The notes beneath the pieces are model-generated. The model saw only the letters and a program-made list of their open reading frames with translations, was not told where the DNA came from and ran no database searches. Of a stretch of 64,000 bases of DNA, positions 27,623-40,612 are shown piece after piece. The translations under genes and the position numbers were made by a program. How positions within the stretch are numbered: the stretch's first letter is position 1; each line of letters starts with the position of its first letter. This DNA comes from Acidobacteriota bacterium (GTDB lineage Bacteria; Acidobacteriota; UBA6911; RPQK01; JAJDTT01). The stretch lies in assembly GCA_965263035.1 (NCBI GenBank), contig OZ253580.1, positions 1,344,001 to 1,408,000 of the forward strand. The letters are read 5' to 3'.

Positions 27623-28027
27623 TCAGTCCACCAGTTGCAGCCGCGCGGAAGCCTGCTCCAACAGGGTGAGGGCGGCGCCGTAATCGGTCCCGGGATCCCG
27701 GGACCGGAGCATCCGCTGGGCCTTCTCCCGGTCCGCCCGGGCTTGGGCGCCGTCGATCTCTGCGGGAGACTCCACCTCCTCGGCCAGCACGATCACGCGG
27801 TCCGGAAGGACTTCGGCGAAGCCGGAACTGCAGAAAAGTTGGACGCGGTCTCCACCCTCGGGGTAGGAGATGATGCCCGTCTTCAACTCGGAAAGGAGCG
27901 GCGCGTGGCCGGGCAGGATGCCCAGATAACCTTCCGCTCCAGGGATGGTCACTTCCTGAACCTCGCCACTGAAGACCAGCCGGTCCGGCGCAACGATCTC
28001 CAACTGAATGGCCTCGGGTAGCGCCAC
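27623..28027 (-). CDS. atpC: ATP synthase F1 epsilon subunit
   Basis: LEIVAPDR, GYLGILPGHAPLL, SGFAEV; last gene of the atp cluster. Confidence 0.95.
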   Translation of the reverse strand: MALPEAIQLEIVAPDRLVFSGEVQEVTIPGAEGYLGILPGHAPLLSELKTGIISYPEGGDRVQLFCSSGFAEVLPDRVIVLAEEVESPAEIDGAQARADREKAQRMLRSRDPGTDYGAALTLLEQASARLQLVD

Positions 28028-28029
28028 GA

Positions 28030-29478
<1,449 letters not shown>

Positions 29479-30342
29479 TCACCCTTCCAGGGCGTCCGCT
29501 CCGCTGACGATCTCGATGATCTCCGTGGTGATGGAGGCTTGCCGGATGCGGTTCATGGTCAGGGTCAACTTGTCGATCATCTCCTTGGCGTTCCTGGTGG
29601 CGGCGTCCATGGCCGTCATTCGAGCTCCGTGCTCGGCCGCCTCCGACTCCAGCATGGCCCGGAAGATCTGAGTCTCCACGTGCCGCGGCAACAGAAAGTC
29701 CAGCATCTCCCGGGGCGGCTGCTCATAGATGTAGTCGCCCCCCATTTCCGGCTGGAATTCGAGGCGCCGGATGGGCAGCAGAGGCTCCAGGATCACGTTC
29801 TGCCGCACCACGGACTTGAACTCGTTGTACACCAGGTAGACGGCGTCCAGCTCGCTGGCCGAGAAATAGTCGATGATCCCCTTGCCGATCTCTCGGGCGT
29901 ATCGGTGATCCACCCGGGTCATGATATTCAAGAACTCGTGGCGCACCGGCCAAGGGCGGGTCTTGAACCAGTCCACACCTCGCCGTCCCACGAGCGTCAG
30001 GCTCAACGTGCGGTTGGCCGCCTCGTTCTCGATGAAGTTCATGGCCGACCGGATGATGTTGGAGTTGAAGGAGCCGCAGAGCCCACGGTCCGCGGTGATG
30101 ACCACCAACATCACCCGTTCACCCTCCCGCTGGGCCAGAAGCGCGTGCTGAGAGGGATCGATCCGCCGGGCCATGGAGTTGAGTACGGACAGCATCCGGT
30201 TGGCGTAGGGTCTGGCCGCGACGATCCGATCCTGGGCCCGCTTCAGCTTGGAGGCGGCCACCAGCTTCATGGCCCTGGTGATCTGTTGGATGTTCTTGAC
30301 CGAACGAACTCGCCGCCGGAAGTGAATCAGGTTGCCGGGCAT
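29479..30342 (-). CDS. atpG: ATP synthase F1 gamma subunit
   Basis: ITRAMKLVAASK, DRGLCGSFN, EHGARMTAMD, RQASITTEI. Confidence 0.98.
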   Translation of the reverse strand: MPGNLIHFRRRVRSVKNIQQITRAMKLVAASKLKRAQDRIVAARPYANRMLSVLNSMARRIDPSQHALLAQREGERVMLVVITADRGLCGSFNSNIIRSAMNFIENEAANRTLSLTLVGRRGVDWFKTRPWPVRHEFLNIMTRVDHRYAREIGKGIIDYFSASELDAVYLVYNEFKSVVRQNVILEPLLPIRRLEFQPEMGGDYIYEQPPREMLDFLLPRHVETQIFRAMLESEAAEHGARMTAMDAATRNAKEMIDKLTLTMNRIRQASITTEIIEIVSGADALEG

Positions 30343-30398
30343 ATTGTTTCAGGCGTCCACCCGAGGCGTTGGGCTCGGGGCCGGATCGTATCCGGAAG

Positions 30399-32168
<1,770 letters not shown>

Positions 32169-32169
<1 letters not shown>

Positions 32170-32708
32170 TAATCCCGGCTGATCCGCCGCCTGACCTCCT
32201 CCAACTGCGTCCGGATGGAGCCATCGTAGATGACCGATCCTACCTTGATCTTGAGCCCGCCGATGAGGGACTCATCCTGCTCATAGGCGAGGCGAACCCG
32301 GGCCCGTGAAATCTCCGAGAGAACTTCTTCGAGGCGATTCCGAACCTCGGCGTCCAGTCCCCTCGCCGAGGTCACCACACCCCGGACGATGCCGGCGCGC
32401 AGGTCCATGACCTGCGTGTACGCCTCGACGTATTCGTCGTATTCACCGATTCGACCGTTCTCCAGCAGCACCAGGATGAAGTTGACCGTAATCTCGACCA
32501 GGGAGAGCCGGCCCCCCAACTCTTCCACGATCCGGCGCTTGGGAGCGAAGGGTATGGCCGGGTTCATCAGCGTCTCCACCAACTCGGGGGACGCCTGCAG
32601 GGCGGTCCCGAACGAGTCCAGGTCTTCCTGGACCCGCGTCTCCCGACCCTCCTGCACGGCCACCTGGGACAGGGCCCGAGCGTACCTGCGTGCCCGCGAC
32701 GAAGCCAT
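32169..32708 (-). CDS. atpH: ATP synthase delta subunit
   Basis: ARRYARAL, LIGGLKIKVGSVIYDGSIRTQL. Confidence 0.95.
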
Positions 32709-32729
32709 TGTCGGTTCCTTCCAACCCTC

Positions 32730-33335
32730 TCAGTTTCGGCTGTTGAGATGCTCGACGGCCCGGCCAACGACCCGGGCGTCCTCTTCAGGCGTCAGTTCCT
32801 GACTCAATTTCTGCCGGGCCAGCCCCACGGCCAGGTCGGCGGCATGGGACCGGAGCTCGTTCCGGGCCACGCGAGTCAGCAACCGGATCTCCGTTTCCGC
32901 TCTCCGGGTCAGACGGTCCACGTCCCGTTGGGACCGTTCCAACACTCGCAGGCGCTCCGCTTCGGCTTCTTCGGCCGTGGCCTTCCTCATGCCCGCCAGC
33001 TCCTCGTCCAGTCCCTGCATCTGAACCTGGACTACCGACAACCGCTCCTCCGCCTCCTGCAAGGCCCGGCCCGCCGAGCTGATGCCTTCCTGTATTCCAC
33101 GCTTGCGATCCGCCAGAAACTGCCGCAGGGGAAGACGGAGAAAGTAGGCGATGATGCCCACCAGGACCGCGAGATTGAACCACCTGCCGGCGGTCTCCAC
33201 CCATCCCCAGCCACTGCCTCCCGAGGCGGCGACCAGGATCGGCGCCAGCAGCAGCAGCGCCAACCAGAGGCCCCCGTAGCTCCGCCGCGAACCTGTGCCT
33301 TGAGTTCCCATGGAGGCTTCCGCGTGATCGTTCAC
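32730..33335 (-). CDS. atpF: ATP synthase F0 subunit b
   Basis: N-terminal TM helix (RWFNLAVLVGIIAYF) plus coiled coil; directly upstream of atpH. Start may be 33311. Confidence 0.85.
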   Translation of the reverse strand: MNDHAEASMGTQGTGSRRSYGGLWLALLLLAPILVAASGGSGWGWVETAGRWFNLAVLVGIIAYFLRLPLRQFLADRKRGIQEGISSAGRALQEAEERLSVVQVQMQGLDEELAGMRKATAEEAEAERLRVLERSQRDVDRLTRRAETEIRLLTRVARNELRSHAADLAVGLARQKLSQELTPEEDARVVGRAVEHLNSRN

Positions 33336-33506
33336 GTTCGCGTGTTCTTCATCGGCCCGTAGCGGCTGATCCAGTGGCGTTCAGGCCACAGCCGGAAGCA
33401 TCCGGCCGTCTCGCCAAATCTGTTCGCCGGACCCGAGCTTGACGTCGGGTTGCTGTTCACCCTCCGGAAAAATCGGGAAAAGAAAACCGGGGAGGACTGG
33501 CAGCCC

Positions 33507-33929
33507 TCAGGCCCGGCCCAGAATCCTGTCGGCCAGGATTCGCGCTGTGTCCTCGGCTTCGCCAGTCAATTGCCTCTTGGCCAAGTCCAAATCCGCTTCG
33601 ATCTCACTCCTCGCATTCGACAGCATGACCTCGGCCTGACGGCGGGATTGTGCGACTCGGTTGTTTCCCTCTTTCAACGCCTCGGTTCGAACCGATTCCG
33701 CCAGCTTGTATCCTGCCTGCCTCTCCTCTGCCAGTTTCTGTTGGTACTGTTCGTAGAGAGTCTGATGTTGATCCAGAATCTCCTGGACTCGACCACTCAC
33801 CTGGGTAGTCCGAGCCCCCCGTTCGGCCAGGACGTGGAAGAGGGGACGAAAGAGTACCCGGTTGAGAATGAAGAGAGTGGTCAAAAACACGACCGCCGCA
33901 ACCGGCAGCGTCCAATCTGGTGTCAGCAA
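33507..33929 (-). CDS. atpF: ATP synthase F0 subunit b'
   Basis: PDWTL...ILNRVLFRPLFHVLAER plus coiled coil, ending ADRILGR; second b-type paralog; TTG start. Confidence 0.85.
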   Translation of the reverse strand: MLTPDWTLPVAAVVFLTTLFILNRVLFRPLFHVLAERGARTTQVSGRVQEILDQHQTLYEQYQQKLAEERQAGYKLAESVRTEALKEGNNRVAQSRRQAEVMLSNARSEIEADLDLAKRQLTGEAEDTARILADRILGRA

Positions 33930-34040
33930 GGCTCTCCCACTCCCGTTTCTCGACGGGCATCTTCTAACACGATCCTCCGACGCAGGTCAAGAAATCGGGC
34001 CGTTCCGGACCTCCGCGAAAAGATGTCTACCGTGCCGGCA

Positions 34041-35510
34041 TCAATCGCTGCCAAACCAGCGGGAACTGACCACCTTCTGCTCAGTGTAGAAGTTCACTCC
34101 GTCCCGGCCATGGGCATGCAGGTCACCGAAAAAGGAACCTCTCCACCCGGAAAAGGAGAAAAAGGCCAGGGGCACCGGAACTCCCACGTTGATTCCCACC
34201 ATCCCGACCTGAACCCGGTTCTGGTACTCCCGGGCCGCCCACCCGCTCTCGGTGAATATGGCGGTGCCGTTACCGAACCGGTTGGCGTTGACGACCTCGA
34301 TCGCCTGATCCAGGTCCTCTGCCTGAATGACGCAGAGAACGGGTCCGAAGATCTCGTCCTGGTAGATCTGCATCTTCGGTGAGACCCCCTCGAAGATGCT
34401 GGGACCCAGAAAATATCCGGACAGGCCGTCGACTCCGCTGTGACAGCGGCCGTCCAGAGCGAGTTGGGCTCCTTCATCAAGTCCGGTCTCAATGTATTCC
34501 AGCACCCGGTCCCGGTGAGGTCCGGAGATCAACGGTCCCAGCTGACTGCCTCCGTGGGCGGCGGCGCCCAGCCGCATCGACGCCGCACGGGCCTTGACCT
34601 TCTCCAACAGAGGTTCGTGAACCTCACCCACGGTCACCACCGCGCTGATGGCCATGCACCGCTCCCCGGCAGAGCCGAAGGCGGAACCGATGATGGCGTC
34701 GGCCGTCTTGTCCAGATTGCAGTCGGGCATGGCCACCAGGTGATTCTTGGCGCCGGCCAGCGCCTGAACCCGCTTTCCGGCCATGCTGGCCGCCTCATAG
34801 ACATAGCGGGCCACGGGGGCCGAGCCGACGAAGGAAACGGCACGGACGGCAGGATTCTCCAGCAACGCCTCCACCGCTTCCCGGTCCCCCTGGACAACGT
34901 TGAAGACGCCGGGAGGCAGTCCGGCCTCCACGAACAACTCCGCCAGGCGGAGGGCGGCGCCCGGCACCTTTTCGGACGGCTTCAGAACGAAGGTGTTGCC
35001 GCAGGCGATGGCGACGGGATAGAGCCACATGGGAACCATAACGGGAAAGTTGAAGGGGGTGATCCCGGCACACACACCCAGCGGCTGCCGGAAACTGGCG
35101 CAATCCAAACCCCGGGACACGTTCTCCACCGTCGAGCCCTGGATCAGGGTGGACATGCCGCAGGCGAACTCCACCACCTCGATACCCCGCCGAACCGATC
35201 CTCGGGCTTCCTCCACAATCTTACCGTTCTCCCGGGAGATCCAATCGGCCAACTCCTCCAGCTGTTCCTCCAGGAGCTGCTTGTAGCGGAACAGGGTCCG
35301 GCAGCGCTCCACCACCGGAGTGTCGCGCCAGCCGGGGAAGGCTGCGGCGGACGAAGCGATCACCTCGTCGACTTCCGCCCTGGTCGAAAAGGGGACATGG
35401 GCCAGAAGCTCTCCGGTTCCCGGGTTTCGCAACTCTCCGTACCGAGAGGAGTTCGAGGGGGCCCGAACCCCATCTACGAACAAATCAACTCGAGAAACAC
35501 TGTGCTGCAT
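34041..35510 (-). CDS. mmsA: CoA-acylating methylmalonate-semialdehyde dehydrogenase
   Basis: ITPFNFP, LKPSEK, SFVGS, RVQALAGAKNH, AGERCMA, EIFGPV, GINVGVPVP. Confidence 0.93.
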   Translation of the reverse strand: MQHSVSRVDLFVDGVRAPSNSSRYGELRNPGTGELLAHVPFSTRAEVDEVIASSAAAFPGWRDTPVVERCRTLFRYKQLLEEQLEELADWISRENGKIVEEARGSVRRGIEVVEFACGMSTLIQGSTVENVSRGLDCASFRQPLGVCAGITPFNFPVMVPMWLYPVAIACGNTFVLKPSEKVPGAALRLAELFVEAGLPPGVFNVVQGDREAVEALLENPAVRAVSFVGSAPVARYVYEAASMAGKRVQALAGAKNHLVAMPDCNLDKTADAIIGSAFGSAGERCMAISAVVTVGEVHEPLLEKVKARAASMRLGAAAHGGSQLGPLISGPHRDRVLEYIETGLDEGAQLALDGRCHSGVDGLSGYFLGPSIFEGVSPKMQIYQDEIFGPVLCVIQAEDLDQAIEVVNANRFGNGTAIFTESGWAAREYQNRVQVGMVGINVGVPVPLAFFSFSGWRGSFFGDLHAHGRDGVNFYTEQKVVSSRWFGSD

Positions 35511-35598
35511 CTTTCACACCTGATTTCAGTGGAGTTCTGGAAGCGGTCCGAATGAAACTTGAAAACGAGTGCCGGATCTCCGAGAATGAATCCTACTC

Positions 35599-36549
35599 AT
35601 GGGCACCGTCAGAGAAATATCGGAAGAGATGGGGATCTTCTCCAAATACTTGAAAGAACGGGGCCTACGCATGACCCACCAACGCCAGAAGGTGGTGCGG
35701 AGCTTCCTCCAGACCAGCGGCCACGTGAGCATAGATGAGCTTCATGACCTGGTCAAGCAGAGCGATCGGCGGATCGGGGCGGCGACGGTCTTCCGCACGC
35801 TCAAGGCCCTGACCGACTGCGGCTTGGCCCGTGAGGTGGACCTGCACGACGGGCGGACCCGCTTCGAGCCGCAGTACAAGAGGCCTCATCACCACCACAT
35901 GGTGTGCGCCAAATGCCACAGCACCATCGAGTTCCTGAGTCCCGAACTGGAGCAGGTCCAATCCCGCATCGTGTCCAACTATGGCTTCAATCCGGTCCAG
36001 CACCAGGTGCAGATCTACGGAATCTGTGAAGAGTGCCAGAACCGGATCGAGACCCACCCGGAACCGGTGAGATCCGATCTGGTCTTTGCCCGAGATGCCT
36101 TGAAGATCGCCATAGCGACGGAAAAACGGGGCGTCAACTTCTACGGCACCGCCTCTGAGTTGGTGACCCATGCCTCAACCAAGTCCACCTTTCTCAGAAT
36201 GCTGGAGGACGAGGAAGGTCATCTGAAGCAGCTTCAGGCGCAATGGGATCGTCTGGTTGCCGATGATGAGGCGGTGCTGAACGCGCCGGTCTTCCTGGAT
36301 TTCGACCTCGACTCCCTGAAACAGATCTTCCCCGGCAAGGACCAGATCAAGGCCCGACTCAAGGAAAACCTGACCGCAGCCGAGGCCTTGAAGATGGCCA
36401 TGAAGATGGAGAAGGACGCGTACGACTTCTTCCACGACTATGCCGACAAGTTCGAGGACACCCAGGGCAAGGAGATTTTTCTGAAGTTCGCCGAAGAAGA
36501 GTGGGAGCACTTCACCGAGATCCGCAAGGAATACGAAGCCCTGACCTAA
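35599..36549 (+). CDS. Fur-family regulator fused to a C-terminal ferritin/rubrerythrin-like domain
   Basis: GLRMTHQR, ATVFRTL, HHHHMVCAKC, YGICEEC (Fur); then E..G..FY...EEGH and EKDAYDFF...EEWEH (diiron four-helix bundle). Confidence 0.88.
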   Translation: MGTVREISEEMGIFSKYLKERGLRMTHQRQKVVRSFLQTSGHVSIDELHDLVKQSDRRIGAATVFRTLKALTDCGLAREVDLHDGRTRFEPQYKRPHHHHMVCAKCHSTIEFLSPELEQVQSRIVSNYGFNPVQHQVQIYGICEECQNRIETHPEPVRSDLVFARDALKIAIATEKRGVNFYGTASELVTHASTKSTFLRMLEDEEGHLKQLQAQWDRLVADDEAVLNAPVFLDFDLDSLKQIFPGKDQIKARLKENLTAAEALKMAMKMEKDAYDFFHDYADKFEDTQGKEIFLKFAEEEWEHFTEIRKEYEALT

Positions 36550-36611
36550 CAGCCCCTGGCCACCGGAAATCACCCCGCGTTCGAAAAACGATCAGAGCAG
36601 GAGGGAAGTCG

Positions 36612-37193
36612 ATGCAGTGTCGACTGAAGGGTGCGCTTCTGCAGTTGATCGAGGGCGATATCACCCTCCAGCAGGTGGACGCCATCGTCAACGCCGCCAA
36701 CCGGCGGCTGGCGGGTGGAGGAGGGGTGGACGGAGCCATTCACCGGCGCGGCGGAACCGCCATCATGGAGGAGACCCGGCGCCGCTATCCCGAGGGCTGC
36801 CCCACGGGTCAAGCCGTCATCACCGCGGCCGGAGAACTTCCGAGCCGTTTCGTCATACATGCGGTGGGACCGGTCTGGAGAGGCGGAAACTACGGCGAGC
36901 CCGCCCTGCTGGCCTCCGCCTACCGGCACTGCCTTGCGCTGGCGGTGGCCCATGAGTGCCGGAGCATCGCCTTCCCCTCCCTATCGACCGGAGCGTATCG
37001 CTATCCGGTGATCAAGGCCGCCCGGACCGCCATTTCCACCGTTATCGAGTTTCTGGATAAACGCAGAGCTCCGGAACTGGCCCGCTTCGTCCTCTTCGAC
37101 AAGGCCACCTATGAGGCATACGCCGGCGCCCTGAGCGAAAACTCTCCCGTCAGCGGATCTGGAAGGAGTAGAGGTCCGCGTTCTTCAGGATGA
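36612..37193 (+). CDS. Macro-domain O-acetyl-ADP-ribose deacetylase (YmdB-like)
   Basis: GDIT, AIVNAAN, GGGGVDGAIH, VIHAVGP, SIAFPSLSTGAY. Confidence 0.92.
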   Translation: MQCRLKGALLQLIEGDITLQQVDAIVNAANRRLAGGGGVDGAIHRRGGTAIMEETRRRYPEGCPTGQAVITAAGELPSRFVIHAVGPVWRGGNYGEPALLASAYRHCLALAVAHECRSIAFPSLSTGAYRYPVIKAARTAISTVIEFLDKRRAPELARFVLFDKATYEAYAGALSENSPVSGSGRSRGPRSSG

Positions 37194-38652
37194 AACGGAG
37201 CCGCACCGGCTGGTCGAGCTCCTTCAGGCTGCGCCCGCTCTTCCACTGGACCTTCTGGCCCATTCCATTCCCTTCGATGGGCCCGCACGCTTCCCGCTCA
37301 AAGCCGGCGATCGGCTTGCCGAACTGAGTCAGCGCCTCCGCCCGGAGGGATCCTCCGGCGGCATCGACGTTCACCCGAAGCTCGCCTCCCTGGAAGCGGA
37401 GGGGCCAGGTCGTAAGGAGGCCTTCTTCCTCGCCGGCGCGGACCGAGACGAAACCGTCCGGCCGCAGCCGGGCCAGACCCAGGGCGTCCCCTTCCAGCGT
37501 GCGGCCCTTGTATTCGGTGCCGACCAGTTCGTTGAGGGTCCGATGGGGAACGCTGGAGCCCCGGTAGTAGATCCGGATCTCGTCCTCCTGCACGACGGCG
37601 CATTCGGGATAGACCCGCTTGTCGTCCCAGGTCCCGGGGGTCCCCTTCAGGAAGATGTGCCGGTCGCCGACACGCGTCCAGTTCTTTCCGTTCCGGCTGA
37701 AGGCGAGCTGGGCGTCCAGCGTGAAATTGAACCCGTCCAGGAATTCGGGGTCGCCCGTGTATTCGTGATAGACGATCAACATGCCCACGTACCCGCTCTC
37801 GTAGGGAAAGACGGGCATGTAGTAGAACTCGGTGCCGGCGCCGTCCCGCTCGTCTGGCGCCACGACCTCCTTGAGATCCGTCCAAAGGGTGAAATTGAAA
37901 CTCTCCGCCAGACCGATCCGCCGCGTGGGATAGGCCTCCGGTGTCCGGATCTTGGACCAACGCAGGACATGGCCGCCGTTGGGACGATGGTAGTAGACGT
38001 AGCGCTCGCGGCGCTGGTCCCAGAACGGGGTCGAAAGCCCGTCGCCGGTAGGCACGATCACCGGATACGGGTGCGACGTCCAACGCTGCCCGTCGGAAGA
38101 CCAGCCCACACCGATGCCATAGGTGTCGTATTTCATGTAGGCCATCTTGTACGGGCGTTCCGGGTCGTGTTCGTCATAGAAGACCCTGATCTCGGTGATG
38201 TTCTCGGGTATGACGAGCAGGTTGTTCTGGCGGCTTCCCTGGAATTCCCGGAGCCCGAGGTCGGGACGCCGGAACCGAATCCCGTCCCCGGAGGTCGCGA
38301 AGCAGAGATAGTTGGTGGATTCGGGGCGCACGTTGTACCAGAGCTTGTAAAGCCGTTCTTTCCGGTCGTAGATCACGTTGGAGTAAAGGATCCGGTTGCC
38401 CTCCCAAGGCCTTTCCGCCTTGAAGATGGGATTTTCCGGCGCCTTGCGGGCGACGTGGACCCAACGGGCCACGTTCTCGATCCGGTCGATGAGCCAGTCG
38501 TCCAGGAAGAGCTGGCGCTCGGGCCCGACCTCCCGGACCGGAGCTTGCCGCTTGATGTGGTCGAAATCCTGCGCCAGGACCGTTGTGCCCAGCGCCAGAC
38601 TCAGTACTCCGAGAACGATCACCCGCCTCTGGTTTCCGGCCCGCGTCATCAT
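37150..38652 (-). CDS. Secreted glycoside-hydrolase-like beta-propeller paralog
   Basis: Signal peptide, RQLFLDD, PWE, CFATSGDGIRFRRPDLG, LRPDGFVS, PVRLRFILKNADLYSFQI. Confidence 0.78.
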   Translation of the reverse strand: MMTRAGNQRRVIVLGVLSLALGTTVLAQDFDHIKRQAPVREVGPERQLFLDDWLIDRIENVARWVHVARKAPENPIFKAERPWEGNRILYSNVIYDRKERLYKLWYNVRPESTNYLCFATSGDGIRFRRPDLGLREFQGSRQNNLLVIPENITEIRVFYDEHDPERPYKMAYMKYDTYGIGVGWSSDGQRWTSHPYPVIVPTGDGLSTPFWDQRRERYVYYHRPNGGHVLRWSKIRTPEAYPTRRIGLAESFNFTLWTDLKEVVAPDERDGAGTEFYYMPVFPYESGYVGMLIVYHEYTGDPEFLDGFNFTLDAQLAFSRNGKNWTRVGDRHIFLKGTPGTWDDKRVYPECAVVQEDEIRIYYRGSSVPHRTLNELVGTEYKGRTLEGDALGLARLRPDGFVSVRAGEEEGLLTTWPLRFQGGELRVNVDAAGGSLRAEALTQFGKPIAGFEREACGPIEGNGMGQKVQWKSGRSLKELDQPVRLRFILKNADLYSFQIR

Positions 38653-38784
38653 GTTGGTTCCTCCAGGTACTTCATCCGATTCCGATGCGGTGCGGTCGTC
38701 GAAGTATAGCAGCCCGTTGCGGAGCTTCGGCGTCGTGTGGAGGCGGCTTCCGCCACCGGCGGCCAAGGCTGCTAAGCTAGGGCG

Positions 38785-40611
38785 ATGCATGCGGAACCAC
38801 CGCCTCTGGTTGCGCGGGAAGAACCGAACGGAGACGCCAACCGCACCACCGGCGCCGAAGGGGTGCATTGGGACTTGGACGCCCTCTATCCCGACCCGGA
38901 GGCCCTGGAAAGGGATCTGGAACGGACACAGGATCGGGCCGGCGGTTTCGAGCGGCGTTACCGCGGTCGGGTGAGCCGTCTCGACAGCCGTGAGTTGGCG
39001 CAGGCCGTCCGCGAGTTCGAAGCTCTACAGGTCGGCCTGGGACGGGCCGCCTCCTATGCCTACCTGCGCTGGTGCACCGATACCCAGGATCCTCCCCGCG
39101 GCGCCCTCCTGCAGAAAACACGAGAGGCCTCCGCTCAACTGGTTCGCAAGATCCTCTTCTTCGAGCTGGAGTGGCTGCAGTTGGACCAGGCGCGGGCGGC
39201 CGAAATGCTGTCCAGCCCGGAGTTGCAGCCCTTTCGCCATTACCTGGAGGTGGAGCGGCTTCGGGCTCCCCACGTGCTGAGCGAGCCGGAAGAGAAGATC
39301 CTGGCCGAAAAACGGGTCACGGGCCGGGCGGCGTGGAACCGTCTCTTCGATCAGATGCATGGGGCCACCCGCTACGCCTACCGGGACGGAAAGCTGACCC
39401 GCGAGGAATTGCTTTCCCGTCTGTACCACCCGGATCGGGAGGTGAGACGGGAATCGGCGCTGGCCTTCAGCCGGGGCCTGGAAGAGCGGGTCAGCGAGAT
39501 GGCTTTCATCTCCAATACCATGCTGGCCGACAAGGCCTGCGACGACCGCCTCAGGGACTATCCCCACTGGTTGGCCAGCCGGAATCTGGACAACGAGATC
39601 AGCGACGATGCCGTACAGGTCCTGGTGCAGGCGGTGACCGGACGCTACGACCTGGTGGCCCGCCACTACCGGCTCAAGCAGCGCCTGCTGAAACTGGACG
39701 TCTCGTGGGACTATGACCGCTACGCCCCCGTCGGCCTGGCCCCCGCTCGATACTCGTGGGGCACCGCCCGGAGAACCGTGCTGGAGGCGTACGGCGCCTT
39801 CCACCCCACCATGGAATCCATCGCCGCCCGTTTCTTCGACGGACGCTGGATCGACGCTCCACCCAGCCCGGGAAAATCGGGGGGCGCCTTCAGTCATCAG
39901 ACCGTCCCCCCGGCGCATCCCTACATCATGATGAACTACACGGGGAACATTCGGGACTTGCAGACCCTGGCCCACGAATTGGGCCACGGCGTCCACCAGT
40001 ATCTCTCCCGATCCCAGGGCTACCTCCAATCCCGGCCTCCCTTGACCACTTCCGAGACCGCCTCCGTCTTCGGGGAGATGCTGGTCTTCGACCACCTGCT
40101 CGGCAACGAGCCGGAGCCCGGGGTCCGGCTGTCCATCCTGGTGAGCAACATCGATGACACCATGGCCACCGTCTTCCGGCAGATCGCCCTGCATTGCTTC
40201 GAGGAGCGGACGCATAACGCGCGGCGGGACGAAGGAGAGCTGTCGGTCGAGCGATTCAACGAGCTCTGGATGGAAACTCAAGGGGAGATGTTCCAGGGAA
40301 GCGTTCACCTGGGAGAGCACTACGGCACTTGGTGGAGCTACATTCCCCACTTCATCCACACTCCTGGCTACGTCTACGCCTACGCCTACGGCAAGCTGTT
40401 GGTTCTGGCCCTGTATGGACGCTACAAGCAGGACGCGGACGGATTCGCCGAGGAGTATCTTCGACTGCTGGAGGCCGGAGGCTCGGACTGGCCCCATGTC
40501 CTGTTCCGACGCATGGGCGTGGACCTCACCGACCCCAATTTCTGGAGCACGGGCCTGGCCATGACCGAGGAGATGATCCGGCAGGCGGAAGAACTGAGTG
40601 AGGCGACCTGA
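38785..40611 (+). CDS. pepF: Oligoendopeptidase F (M3B family)
   Basis: WDLDALY, GKSGGAF, HPYIMMNY, TLAHELGHGVH, ETASVFGE, PHFIHTPGYVYAY. Confidence 0.92.
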   Translation: MHAEPPPLVAREEPNGDANRTTGAEGVHWDLDALYPDPEALERDLERTQDRAGGFERRYRGRVSRLDSRELAQAVREFEALQVGLGRAASYAYLRWCTDTQDPPRGALLQKTREASAQLVRKILFFELEWLQLDQARAAEMLSSPELQPFRHYLEVERLRAPHVLSEPEEKILAEKRVTGRAAWNRLFDQMHGATRYAYRDGKLTREELLSRLYHPDREVRRESALAFSRGLEERVSEMAFISNTMLADKACDDRLRDYPHWLASRNLDNEISDDAVQVLVQAVTGRYDLVARHYRLKQRLLKLDVSWDYDRYAPVGLAPARYSWGTARRTVLEAYGAFHPTMESIAARFFDGRWIDAPPSPGKSGGAFSHQTVPPAHPYIMMNYTGNIRDLQTLAHELGHGVHQYLSRSQGYLQSRPPLTTSETASVFGEMLVFDHLLGNEPEPGVRLSILVSNIDDTMATVFRQIALHCFEERTHNARRDEGELSVERFNELWMETQGEMFQGSVHLGEHYGTWWSYIPHFIHTPGYVYAYAYGKLLVLALYGRYKQDADGFAEEYLRLLEAGGSDWPHVLFRRMGVDLTDPNFWSTGLAMTEEMIRQAEELSEAT

Positions 40612-40612
40612 A

